Positions 17,901 to 26,935 of a stretch of 64,000 nt of DNA are shown here, in pieces. A program made the position numbers and the translations under genes. Source of the stretch: a virus (lineage: Duplodnaviria > Caudoviricetes); IMG/VR virus record IMGVR_UViG_3300049235_000002, positions 2,934-66,933 of that record; one strand, written 5' to 3'. The notes under the pieces were generated by a model. The model saw nothing but the letters and a program-made list of their open reading frames with translations. It did no database searches and was not told the DNA's origin. Position 1 is the stretch's first letter. Every line of letters begins with the position of its first letter.

Positions 17901-18471
17901 GGAGTTCGCAAGTGTCCTTGAGAGCACGATTGTGCCTCTCGGTGAAATTCTCACCAATACATTTCAGCAATTTGCCAACGCTTTAGGTCAGGTAGTTGCC
18001 AATTGGGTACTACTCGGTGAGACTGGCCCTGCCGTAATGCGCAAGATCCTCGCGCAGGCGCTCGCGTCTATCGCGGCAGAGGCGGCTATCAACGCCGTAA
18101 AGCAACTAGCAGTCGGGTTTGCAATGCTCGCCATTGGCAACTTCAAGGGAGCCAGCGACGCGTTTATCTCAGCCGCGCTGTGGGGATCGATTGCTGGAGT
18201 TGCCGCAATTGCAGGCCGGGCAGTCGCCGGAGACGCTTTCAAGCAGAAAGGTTCAGGTGGTGGAACGGGCAGCAGCAGCGGAGATCGCGATCGTGGTCAG
18301 TTAAATCCCCTCGCCTTCAATCGCAATCAACCTGAGCCACAGCGAATTATCGTTGAGTTTCGCGCAGCGGGAGATCAGATGTCTCGTGCCTTCACCGCGG
18401 TAGTGCTCAATGACGTTAAGTCTGGAGGCCCTATCCGGCAGGCATTTGCAGATGACGAGGTATTGGTGTAA
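14962..18471 (+). CDS. Tape measure protein
   Basis: 1169 aa, Ala/Leu/Glu/Gln-rich helical; DLAQQTGLAVETLSALEVAAKTTG and LFGARGG..ILAIL TMP motifs; hydrophobic segments. Confidence 0.92.
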   Translation: MSANETSLLLRIRGDAAGGKAAVAETRAAVAQLRQSFGPELTQTVSGTNKVFSELGDNLNVFVSQRLPLVGGAFLRVTENIGGLGKETAKQEAALKKVADSITGLSSATSKSVPQLTTFLTTFAKIEGQANRDAAAVKFFGAELLANNAKIIPSAEQAASGLAAMATSAEGAAVAAGGLALPIGIAVVAITALATGAALAAREIFQLTKNAAEFQGRMFDLAQQTGLAVETLSALEVAAKTTGGNIDNIAQSVFNFQRKLDDAQDPLSKTGELFRKFNVDTSDTETALRSAFTALAAMPEGFAQTNAAAELFGARGGKQILAILKETNGDLDGAIKRFREMGILIETDAARAADKFNDELALLDFQFRAASAVAAQELIPAFIDVIRVTGDLVRDLGPLLRLFSNLAGPVVRTVGQSMKGLGLIVAALTKDYKALAGAIKESNDQATIFKDINPQAIPSQGAPGPKPVALSTTTLLGTAQEAAQTADAVVAIVKRSAAEQKQILNELFEQGRINRQQEAERVIAQNKKVLDADKARIQAQLDLQEQQIKITQGRTDISESEKLEIVRKSGEDVQKLQQQQLDAESLFTTTSREIRAKAAKERADSQRNEERSNLDNLLRDFDRHIKAIETQLDREEITESQGLTVIEEIERAKLLVRRQSLEAQQRIGFLTIENRKEFDRQIQALDKEAETLQDEQLLRRFRKEQDAVNRVRDIKSAEIDTTLELLRISGERTIAAIESQVRLRVKTEEDAAREILRIKLDLIDQEIGATEAKLRATTSIIGIGERTKAEAELNNQLKILRAQRRLIEDEGERATEDGRDQDIENARDYAEQLEQIENRIARIQRDTAQEVIDLMRLHFASRKAIINAQLQIDLADAATRHQTSLELIREDQRANDTQIRILTSRLTTLRAVGKETSAEYQKAVDDLAAANVTKELLHAEEETELLRSEKEKERILREARLAAKEADPIGRVQLNLDDLKEFASVLESTIVPLGEILTNTFQQFANALGQVVANWVLLGETGPAVMRKILAQALASIAAEAAINAVKQLAVGFAMLAIGNFKGASDAFISAALWGSIAGVAAIAGRAVAGDAFKQKGSGGGTGSSSGDRDRGQLNPLAFNRNQPEPQRIIVEFRAAGDQMSRAFTAVVLNDVKSGGPIRQAFADDEVLV

Positions 18472-18884
18472 TGGCGGAAGCTACATTTCCAACTCCTCTA
18501 CACTCGACTTCATATGACACAGGGCCGATTTATGTCAAGTACCTACGCCATCGTAAGGACTATAGTGAAATCACCATTGAAAGTGTCTACGAGGATCAAG
18601 GCCGCGACTTTACCACGACTGCTGAGGACGCTCCGCAACGATGGGAAATTATTTACGACGGTCTAACCGATGAAGACGCCAACATTCTCGATCAGTTTTG
18701 GGATACACATAAGAAGCACATCACGTTCACCTTCATCGAACCTCGCGATCATCCGTGGACTTTTCAGGAAGGCTCGACATTTACCGGATGTCGGTTTGAG
18801 TCGTTTGATCGGGACCACGGCGATGTAAACGGAGTCAAGTTCATCCAGAAGCGCCGCGTCGTTATCGTGCGCTACCCCTCGTAA
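18471..18884 (+). CDS. Distal tail / minor tail protein (Dit- or lambda gpM-like)
   Basis: Directly after TMP; WEIIYDGLT.EDA.ILDQFW..H...FTF..P pattern. Confidence 0.7.
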   Translation: MAEATFPTPLHSTSYDTGPIYVKYLRHRKDYSEITIESVYEDQGRDFTTTAEDAPQRWEIIYDGLTDEDANILDQFWDTHKKHITFTFIEPRDHPWTFQEGSTFTGCRFESFDRDHGDVNGVKFIQKRRVVIVRYPS

Positions 18885-18887
18885 TCT

Positions 18888-21800
18888 ATGTATGACGTTA
18901 GTGACGATCTACTGGCAGTCCTGCGCTCGCGCTCGCGGGACCTGTCCTGCGTGTACGAGCTTTACGAATGGAATTACGAGTTGTTCCCTGAACCACTGGA
19001 CGGTAATCTTAGTTACGATCCACGCCATGCCCTCGCCCGCTGGGCCGGGTCATCGATTTCCTTCACCTGGGGCGCAGAGACTATCGACTACATCCGCATC
19101 GTCACTGATGGGCCAAGCATCAAGAAGTCTAAGGGCAAGCAATTTGATTCCGTCTCGCTCACTTGTTCAAACATCAAACAGGATGAGGACGGCAGGCGAT
19201 ACTTAGCGAGGTTCGTGCTCACCAATCGCTTGCCGGGAATGCGTCTCGTGGTGCGCATCGTCCCGCGTTCCGCGAGCAGTCTCAGCATCATTGAAGCCTC
19301 TGCCTCTCCCTTCTCCCACTCGATTATCTGGTTTGTAGGCAGATGTGAAAAACCGAATGACTTTGATAGAGCAAGTGGAACAATCACGGCCAAGCAGGAT
19401 ATCGGCACAATAGCGGCGCAGATTCCCGAGCGTGATTTACAACCAAGCTGTCCGTTGAAGTTCAAGAAAGGCGACTGCTTAGGCGATCAAACACTCTCGC
19501 AGAAGACTGCAACTTACCAGGCCGCGAAGGTCTGCAACAAGACTGAGGCGCAGTGCATTGAGTACGGAAACGAGAAGTACTTTCAAGGCACGCAAGTAGT
19601 TCAAATCGAGTCGAGTTTCCTACACAAGCACAATGAATCATTCTTCAAAAAGGTGCTGAACATTCTTCCTGGTATTAGTCGGAAGAAGACGACAGTTGAT
19701 AACTCGACCTACAACACCACGCCTTACGGTCAGCCTGTTCCGGTAGTGTTGGGCCGGTGGCTGCATAGACTGTTCACGATTCAATACAAGGATGCAGGAG
19801 AGACGATCTGGTTTAAGAAGGGCGCGTGCCGGGGACCGATCAAGGACTTCGTGACGCTTAAGAATGAATCGCCAAACTTTAGCCAGCCGTTAGAAGTTGT
19901 CAAGCACCTAGGCGAGTACGGAGATGTCGGCACGCAGACGCAGGATCTTGTATTCCCTGGCGGTGAGTATCACTCAAAACTCGCCTACGTCACGGGACGA
20001 TGCATTGGTTCAGATATTGTCATCTCAGATCCCGCGCCGGATATCACCTCGCTAATCGCCGGACAGGTTGTGCGCAAGGCATTCGGAGTCGATGGTAATG
20101 GCACGGGAAGGATATCCAATGCCTTTGCTGGCTATGGTAATGGAGTGATCGCGTGGTCTGACAATCCGGTTGATCTAGCGCGATTTATCATCAACGATCC
20201 TGCTTATCTCGGACTGCCTGACAATCACATTGGGGAACTAGCAACCGCAATCACCGCTGCTTACACAACGGGAGGGATTAAGGACGTTTCCAACGCGGAG
20301 AGGTGCCTGTTACCGGACACTGAGACTACGAGAGCGGGAGTTGATTACAAGAGATTCAACTCCACAGGAATGATTGGCGCGCTTAGCTTCTTTGGGCTAG
20401 GACTGGACTTTCTGTTTCAGGACCAACGACCGGGTGGCTACTGGGCAAGGGAGGCAGTGTATGAATTCTTTGATCCTGACTCACCGCCCACTTCACTGGA
20501 TGTCATCACTCGTTATCGTAAGCGCTACACAGCCGGGATCGTCATCACTGATAAGAAGAAAGCGATAGACTTCCTTTACGATACGCTGTATACGACTTTT
20601 CGCGGTTTTACCCGTTGGGACCATCACGGGAGATTGGTAATTGATTGTGAGCGGCCTGTAGATCATACCTACCTGAGAGACAATGCCCCAGCAGGCGCGA
20701 CTTCGATTAAGGTACTGGACGTAACTCCGTGGCGTCCTTTGGATCTGATCGTCAACCTCTATCCTCCGTTGAGAGGGAAGATTCTTCTAGGCGCGCATAA
20801 GCTCACTTCCGAAGTGCGCCCGGTCCTCGATACCGTTGAATACTCTGCTGATGGTAACGCGATCACCCTCTCGGCTAACTCTACCAGTGGGACGATGACT
20901 GCAGCGGCATCGGGTAGTACGTTCTCCGCTGGCTCAACTTCCACTCCTGCTACCGGCACGGTGACAATTGGTGGGAGCTGTGCTGTGGGAGACGTGATCT
21001 CAATCACAATTGACTCCTACACTGTTAGTATTACAGCAACACAGGAAGACGTGGATGCAGCGATTGATAATCTCACAATGGCATGCCAGCTGGCTTGTAC
21101 AATCAATGCCGAGCCGGGGTTGAGAGATTATGTTGAGGCGCAGCGGTTTGGCTCTAATCCTACCGAGGTAGTAATCTTCGCCAAGTACGGCGTACTCAAA
21201 TTCACCACGCCGTTAGAGGAGAATCACTTTGCTGAATTAGACGATCCCGTAACCGCGCCTACGCTTGCGTCATCCGCTGGTACTCTTGCAGCCGGAGCTT
21301 ATTTAGTCGCTTACGCGTATCGCAACGCAAACGGCAATACGAACATTTCCAATATCGGCGCAATTACGATCCTTGCAAACAAGCAGATTGATGTCACTGG
21401 AGTCTCGCTGCCTGCTGGGGCAGATTCGATTGACTGGTTTGTCTCAGTCGAGGCGAATTCCGATCTTATGCTGCTGGTACATAACAACAATGGGACAGGA
21501 TTCTCAATCAACTCTCTCCCCCTCGTCACAGCGGAACACGCGCCAAAGCTGAATACGACCGGGGAAGAGATCCTTCGCGTCATGTACTCCGATGCGCAGC
21601 GAGCCTTAGCCTATGCGGATACTACCCGAGCCACACATCTCGACGGCTCGTTCGGATGGCCGGAAGGTGGTAGACAATCGCTCATCAACCAAGTCAAGGG
21701 AACGTACCGGGAAGCGATTCAGGATTTCGCTGAGCAACCTATTACGATCAACGATGAGCGCCATCAGGACGAGACGGGGGAGATTAACAGCACGACTATT

Positions 21801-22547
21801 GATCTCTCCGCTGTGGATAACTTCAACCAGGCCTCACGGTTGCTAAATGGTTATCTCGCCAAGTTCAGAGACCTTGACTTTTTCTTCAAGTGGAGCGCAG
21901 CCGGTGAGCCGCTACTACTGGAGATGGGTGATCTGGTTTGTCTCTCTGACGACTCAGGCGAGTGGCGGAACGTACCCGTGACGATTGAAGAGATTAGTTA
22001 CAATCAGAAGTTCGAAGCATCATTTACATGCAGGCTGTATTCGACTTCGGCGTTTGACGATGCGGTATTGCAGACTCAGGTGCCGTTGCCGAGTGGGTTG
22101 GTTAATTACCTTGGCGCACCGCCTGACATAGCTTTCAATACAGTGGACTTCCCGCCTGATGGATTGGTTCAATCAACCGATGGCGCGGCGGGCATTACGT
22201 CGATCCGCGGCGGAGCCATTGCGGGAGACTCAATCTATGGTCAATTCGTTAATGTCAGAGTGATTAAACGAGCAGGAGCCACGGTCAATGAAACAGTGTT
22301 ATCTCATGCGATCCCTGATAGCAACGGAGAATTAGTTTTTGAGTTTCCCGCAAGTGCTGATGGTTTGTACACCGTAGAGTTAGAAGTTTGTTCATTACTG
22401 AATGTATGCAATATAACTAAACCAACAGCATCAATCGCGATTGGCTTAGGAGCAGCACAGGGCCGATGGACCAAGCCGACAATTCAATTTGCAGGAGCGG
22501 GATCTGTAGAAACACCGGGTACTGGTGGTTTCACAATTCCAATGTAG
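18888..22547 (+). CDS. Tail tip / hub protein with gpL-like Cys cluster and gpJ/GTA-like C-terminal region
   Basis: CPLKFKKGDC...CNKTEAQC four-Cys motif; YGQPVPVVLG; NQVKGTYRE...DLSAVDNFNQASR...LEMGDLV. Confidence 0.75.
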   Translation: MYDVSDDLLAVLRSRSRDLSCVYELYEWNYELFPEPLDGNLSYDPRHALARWAGSSISFTWGAETIDYIRIVTDGPSIKKSKGKQFDSVSLTCSNIKQDEDGRRYLARFVLTNRLPGMRLVVRIVPRSASSLSIIEASASPFSHSIIWFVGRCEKPNDFDRASGTITAKQDIGTIAAQIPERDLQPSCPLKFKKGDCLGDQTLSQKTATYQAAKVCNKTEAQCIEYGNEKYFQGTQVVQIESSFLHKHNESFFKKVLNILPGISRKKTTVDNSTYNTTPYGQPVPVVLGRWLHRLFTIQYKDAGETIWFKKGACRGPIKDFVTLKNESPNFSQPLEVVKHLGEYGDVGTQTQDLVFPGGEYHSKLAYVTGRCIGSDIVISDPAPDITSLIAGQVVRKAFGVDGNGTGRISNAFAGYGNGVIAWSDNPVDLARFIINDPAYLGLPDNHIGELATAITAAYTTGGIKDVSNAERCLLPDTETTRAGVDYKRFNSTGMIGALSFFGLGLDFLFQDQRPGGYWAREAVYEFFDPDSPPTSLDVITRYRKRYTAGIVITDKKKAIDFLYDTLYTTFRGFTRWDHHGRLVIDCERPVDHTYLRDNAPAGATSIKVLDVTPWRPLDLIVNLYPPLRGKILLGAHKLTSEVRPVLDTVEYSADGNAITLSANSTSGTMTAAASGSTFSAGSTSTPATGTVTIGGSCAVGDVISITIDSYTVSITATQEDVDAAIDNLTMACQLACTINAEPGLRDYVEAQRFGSNPTEVVIFAKYGVLKFTTPLEENHFAELDDPVTAPTLASSAGTLAAGAYLVAYAYRNANGNTNISNIGAITILANKQIDVTGVSLPAGADSIDWFVSVEANSDLMLLVHNNNGTGFSINSLPLVTAEHAPKLNTTGEEILRVMYSDAQRALAYADTTRATHLDGSFGWPEGGRQSLINQVKGTYREAIQDFAEQPITINDERHQDETGEINSTTIDLSAVDNFNQASRLLNGYLAKFRDLDFFFKWSAAGEPLLLEMGDLVCLSDDSGEWRNVPVTIEEISYNQKFEASFTCRLYSTSAFDDAVLQTQVPLPSGLVNYLGAPPDIAFNTVDFPPDGLVQSTDGAAGITSIRGGAIAGDSIYGQFVNVRVIKRAGATVNETVLSHAIPDSNGELVFEFPASADGLYTVELEVCSLLNVCNITKPTASIAIGLGAAQGRWTKPTIQFAGAGSVETPGTGGFTIPM

Positions 22548-22556
22548 GAGAATTCA

Positions 22557-22760
22557 ATGGTTAAAGCAGTTCAACTAAGTGGCCGGGGAGAAGTGGTGGA
22601 TCAAGCGGAAATCAACAGAAATCTCGCCTTGTTTGACGAGGTGTTGCTTCGGCTCGTGGCGTTAATACCACCGGAACAGATTGTGCTACGGGTGCAAAAG
22701 ATCCTGCAAGTCGAACAGGAGCACGATGACCTGATCTCCGGTAAGGGAGTGAATTTCTAA
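22557..22760 (+). CDS. Hypothetical protein
   Basis: ORF track; SD GGAG; coupled to the next gene. Confidence 0.5.
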   Translation: MVKAVQLSGRGEVVDQAEINRNLALFDEVLLRLVALIPPEQIVLRVQKILQVEQEHDDLISGKGVNF

Positions 22761-23155
22761 TGTCTGAACGTCTCAATGATAATGCTCGCAATAGATCCGC
22801 TGATTCGGTGGGTGACGACTTCAATAGCGCGACGCTGAAGATGTACACGGGCTCGCAGCCTGCGGCGGGCGGGGCTGCCAGCGGAACGCTATTAGTAACT
22901 ATTAACTTGCCTGCTGATGCAATGAGTGCAGCGTCCGGTGGAATTGCCGCCAAGCTTGGGACGTGGTCGGGAACGGCGGGGGATACGGGGACGGCAGGAT
23001 GGTTTCGCGTGGAATCATCATCAGGAACACGGTGGTACGATGGCTCAATCACTGCCACGGGTGGCGGCGGGGAAATAGAGTTAACATCTGTCAGCATAAC
23101 CACTAGTCAAGTAGTCGCGATTACCAGTTTCACAGTTACGCAACCTGCGGAGTAA
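22760..23155 (+). CDS. Small virion structural protein (fibre-associated family)
   Basis: RNRSAD...LKMYTGSQPA...GTLL.TI.L...GTAGWFR...DGSI...SI.T.Q.V.ITSFTVT.P pattern. Confidence 0.65.
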   Translation: MSERLNDNARNRSADSVGDDFNSATLKMYTGSQPAAGGAASGTLLVTINLPADAMSAASGGIAAKLGTWSGTAGDTGTAGWFRVESSSGTRWYDGSITATGGGGEIELTSVSITTSQVVAITSFTVTQPAE

Positions 23156-23161
23156 AGACTA

Positions 23162-24205
23162 ATGACTCTCAAGTTAATTGATTCGGGCGACGGACAGCGC
23201 ACCTATGATGCGACAAAGTGGAGCGGTAATACAGGTTCTCCTACGTGGAACTCGGCTCCCTCTGGACAATCGGGCACTTGGTTCACCTTAAGTAATAGCG
23301 GTCAACGAAGATGGCAGGACGTTTCGTTGAGCGGTGATACTCTCATTTTAGGGTTTCGCGTTGAACTCCCTTCTTCACTATCAGGCGAAACACCCCTTGC
23401 GATCTTCGGCGAGTGGGACGGATCTGCCAATACACAACATCTATATATCGGAATCTTGAGTACAGGATTTCAGTTGCGACAGGGGGCTAGTAACGCCGGA
23501 ACAATAGGAGGGGTGCAGGGAACGCCGCTCGCCTTTGGTTCCGGTTGTCGTTATATCGAAGTTAAGGTAAAGGTTCACGACTCTGCGGGCACCGTAGAGA
23601 TCAGGCAGGACGAGGTAGTTCTACTCAGTGTTTCAGGAATTGATACACGGCAGGGGGATACAGGAATTTGCAACTCAATATCGATCTTAAGTGCTACCGC
23701 CTCCAATACCAGTACCAATTGGAAATTCCGCGATGTCTATATCTGTGATACCGCAGGGTCAGTTAATAACAACTTTCTTGGCGTTTTTAAAACGGGAGTT
23801 AAGACGGTCAGCGGTGCCGGAAACTCAGCACAGTTCACGCCGAGCGCGGGCTCTAACTTTCAGAACGTTGATGATGGCGCAACAGTTGATAACGATACTA
23901 CTTATAACTTCTCAAGCAACGTCGGGGACACCGATACGTTTGCATTAACATCTTCGGGTCTTGCCTCATCAGCAGTAATCCGAGGCACTCAAACTTCCGT
24001 GATTATGCGGAAGGATGACATTGATCCCCGCAGCGGCGCGACCGTAATCAGAAGCGGCGGAACAAGCTACCCGCAGACCTCACTTTCTCTCGGTACATCT
24101 TATGTACAAAATCAATTGATTCAGGAGTTAGATCCTGATACTTCAGTCACTTGGATTCAGTCTGGACTGGACGCGATTGAGTTAGGTTATAAGGTTGCTG
24201 CGTAA
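23162..24205 (+). CDS. Putative receptor-binding/tail fibre protein (lectin-like beta sandwich)
   Basis: YIEVKVKVHDSAGTVEIR.D..V.L..SG.DT...DVYICD..G..NN.FLG pattern; S/T/G rich. Confidence 0.6.
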   Translation: MTLKLIDSGDGQRTYDATKWSGNTGSPTWNSAPSGQSGTWFTLSNSGQRRWQDVSLSGDTLILGFRVELPSSLSGETPLAIFGEWDGSANTQHLYIGILSTGFQLRQGASNAGTIGGVQGTPLAFGSGCRYIEVKVKVHDSAGTVEIRQDEVVLLSVSGIDTRQGDTGICNSISILSATASNTSTNWKFRDVYICDTAGSVNNNFLGVFKTGVKTVSGAGNSAQFTPSAGSNFQNVDDGATVDNDTTYNFSSNVGDTDTFALTSSGLASSAVIRGTQTSVIMRKDDIDPRSGATVIRSGGTSYPQTSLSLGTSYVQNQLIQELDPDTSVTWIQSGLDAIELGYKVAA

Positions 24206-24417
24206 TGGCTACTAATGTCAGGGTTACACATGTTGAGGCGGAATTCGGCGCAACTGACACCTCGACTCCTAACATGCGGTCATCTCACGTGGAACTCGAA
24301 TTCGGCGCAACTGACACATCGACTCCGCAGATGCGTGTGTCGCATATTGAAATCGAATGGGGTGTCTCGGAAAATGCCCCTCCAGTGCTGATTGGCGCTG
24401 GCAACTATGTTATCTAG
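24205..24417 (+). CDS. 70-aa protein with three 19-aa repeats
   Basis: RVTHVEAEFGATDTSTPNM / RSSHVELEFGATDTSTPQM / RVSHIEIEWG. Confidence 0.6.
   Translation: MATNVRVTHVEAEFGATDTSTPNMRSSHVELEFGATDTSTPQMRVSHIEIEWGVSENAPPVLIGAGNYVI
24241..24354 (+). repeat. 57-bp tandem coding repeat
   Basis: GAATTCGGCGCAACTGACAC occurs at 24241 and 24298. Confidence 0.85.
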
Positions 24418-24480
24418 GAAAGGAATCTCTTAAATGGTTATTAAAACCGACACTGGCATCTATCCCGAAAGGGGCACTCA

Positions 24481-26505
24481 ATGAACCTCCAAGAACGAAT
24501 CAACCTAGCCAACCCCGGCGATACGATCACGATCCCGGACGGTGATGTCTCAACTGGAAATTTCACCATCAATAAACCTTTGAACATCATCGGAGGACCA
24601 GGCACCAAGATTGTCTCACCTACGTTCGATCCAACAATAAAGATTGCTCTCGGCACAGGCCCAGTGGTTCTACAGGGTTTAGAAGTTACCTGCGCCGAGA
24701 CGATGGCAAAAATGAGCGTTCTAATCGAGTTCGGAAGCGGTGGATCGGACCAGAACTCTCTTGATAAAGTGCCTAAAGGATTAACTATTGATAAGTGTGA
24801 CATCCACGCACACCCGCATACCGACATCCAACGCGGTATTGCAGCGAACGGAGCTAACTTCAAGATCACGAATTCAAAAGTGCGGGAGATTCACGGAATT
24901 GGCTATGACACACAGGCCATTTGCTCGTGGAATGGTCCGGGGCCATTCACGATCTTGGATTGCTATTTGGAGGGAGCAGGCGAGAACGTGATGTTTGGAG
25001 GTGCAACGCCTTCCATCCCCGGACTTATCCACTCAGACATAGAAGTGCGTCGATGCTATTTCTTTAAGCCCCGCTCTTGGTATACCAATGATCCTTCGTA
25101 CGCGGGGATTCAATGGACAGTTAAGAATCTCTTTGAGCTAAAGAATGCTCGTCGCGTTATCGTAGAAGGCAACGTCTTCGAGAACAACTGGACGCAAGCT
25201 CAAGCAGGAAGAGCTATCGTATTTACGCCGAGGCCGAGTGACTCAGGAACAGCGGCACTGATCGAAGATGTTCTATTTCAGCACAATATAATTAAGAACG
25301 TCGGATCAGGAATTCTTTTACTAGGGATAGACGATCCCCCTCAACCTCAAGACGTTCGGCTAAAGCGTGTCAAAGTTCTAAACAACCTTTGGATTGTGGA
25401 CGGTCCTGTTAACGGAAGCAATGGTGTTTTCGCAACGGTAGTTAACGGAACAGAAGACGTGACTTTTGAGAGTAATACGGCCTTCCAGACTGGAAGTCTT
25501 ATCCTTACCGACTATCTGCCTAACCAGAGGTTCGTCTTCATAAACAACATAGGAAGACACAACGATTACGGTATTTTTGGCAGTGGATCAGGAGTAGGAA
25601 ACCCATCGATTGCGAAGTACTTTCCATCTTCACTCATTGGCGGGAACATCATCGCAAAGGAAGTTTTAGGACCAGACAGCCCAAGTGAGTTCCAGTCGAG
25701 ATATCCGGCCGGAAACTATTTTCCGAACACTTTAGCCGAAGTTGTAGGGGCGGATTACAAGTTGACGAGTGCGTGGAAAGGAAAAGGTGTAGACGGGAAA
25801 GATCCCGGAGTTGATATCGAGGCACTTGTAGCAGCGCAAGGGGGATCGGTTGTTACTCCTCTGCCAACACCGATGCCCGTACCCCTGCCTACACCTACAC
25901 CTACACCAACGCCGACTGTTCCACCCATCGCCACAATCACGTCTCCCGCTGACGGCGCAATTCTCTCGGGGAAGGTGTCTGTAACCGCGGCTGTTACAAA
26001 CGCGGAAGGGATTGGAGACGTGTTTCTCGTCGCGGATGAAACTGTGGTCGAAATGGACATAACTGCGCCCTACGAGTTCCAGTTGGATACGACACAGATG
26101 CCAGATGGGCCGCATTTGCTCTGGATACGCGCGTGGCAGTCGGGGAAGGCGGTGGACTCCGCGCGGGTGAGAGTCACCGTGAAGAATGTCGCAGCGCCGC
26201 CTGTGGAGCCACCACCGCTGCCTCCTCCACCACCGACGATCCCCTGCTCGATCTCTGCGTCTGCCTCAGTGACCATACCGCGCAATGGCAGCGGCGTCAT
26301 CGCGGTGACGCTACAGAATGTTAGCGGGCCTACTGAGGTCAAAGTCATCGGCAGTGATGGTCAAGTGACGGTGTTGCCTCTGACGTGGAACGCGGGACCA
26401 ACTTCAACGGTAAAACAGTTTCAGGTGCGCGTGAAGAAGCAGAGTCGCACAATTACGTTTCAGTCAGGTTGTGGCGTGGCGGTTGTGAAGGTGAATGTGA
26501 CTTGA
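24481..26505 (+). CDS. Right-handed beta-helix (pectate-lyase-like) protein with PT linker, bacterial Ig-like domain, Pro linker and C-terminal domain; putative depolymerase
   Basis: ANPGDTITIPDG, DNYLEGAGENVMFGG-type, WTVKNLFELKNARRVIVEGNVFENNW; PTPTPTPTP; ITSPADGA.LSGKV...APYEF.LDTT.MPDGPH.L. Confidence 0.8.
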   Translation: MNLQERINLANPGDTITIPDGDVSTGNFTINKPLNIIGGPGTKIVSPTFDPTIKIALGTGPVVLQGLEVTCAETMAKMSVLIEFGSGGSDQNSLDKVPKGLTIDKCDIHAHPHTDIQRGIAANGANFKITNSKVREIHGIGYDTQAICSWNGPGPFTILDCYLEGAGENVMFGGATPSIPGLIHSDIEVRRCYFFKPRSWYTNDPSYAGIQWTVKNLFELKNARRVIVEGNVFENNWTQAQAGRAIVFTPRPSDSGTAALIEDVLFQHNIIKNVGSGILLLGIDDPPQPQDVRLKRVKVLNNLWIVDGPVNGSNGVFATVVNGTEDVTFESNTAFQTGSLILTDYLPNQRFVFINNIGRHNDYGIFGSGSGVGNPSIAKYFPSSLIGGNIIAKEVLGPDSPSEFQSRYPAGNYFPNTLAEVVGADYKLTSAWKGKGVDGKDPGVDIEALVAAQGGSVVTPLPTPMPVPLPTPTPTPTPTVPPIATITSPADGAILSGKVSVTAAVTNAEGIGDVFLVADETVVEMDITAPYEFQLDTTQMPDGPHLLWIRAWQSGKAVDSARVRVTVKNVAAPPVEPPPLPPPPPTIPCSISASASVTIPRNGSGVIAVTLQNVSGPTEVKVIGSDGQVTVLPLTWNAGPTSTVKQFQVRVKKQSRTITFQSGCGVAVVKVNVT

Positions 26506-26658
26506 GCAGCGCGATTTTCTCCGCGACAATCTTCATGCTATTGGCTAGTAAGCTAAACGATTGCGCGGCCTTGCCTGCTCTCGCTGCGAACCTTTTGAGG
26601 CCGAACATCATCCGGCGTCTATGCTGTCGTCTTTGATAAGAGTTCACTTCTCTCCCGA

Positions 26659-26802
26659 TTACAGTGATGGCTTAAACGTAGAGGTCTTTGGCGTCATGCT
26701 GTCTGAGATTGTCTGAGCAATCTTCGGCGTCAGATAGACCAGCAACCCGAGTAGGACCAGCAAGGCAATCAAGTGTATAAAGTACTCGCGTAAAATAAGC
26801 AT
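26659..26802 (-). CDS. 47-aa membrane micro-protein
   Basis: Hand translation MLILREYFIHLIALLVLLGLLVYLTPKIAQ... Confidence 0.5.
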   Translation of the reverse strand: MLILREYFIHLIALLVLLGLLVYLTPKIAQTISDSMTPKTSTFKPSL

Positions 26803-26935
26803 CTCTGCCTTTCACTTCGCGCTCGTCAGTGCAGTCCGGGAAACCCGGTTAAGGCCCATATTAGCAACGCGAGCGCAAGCGCAACGCCAATGGCCGCCGC
26901 TGCGCAACCTAAACCCTCAGCTAGATTTTCGTTCA

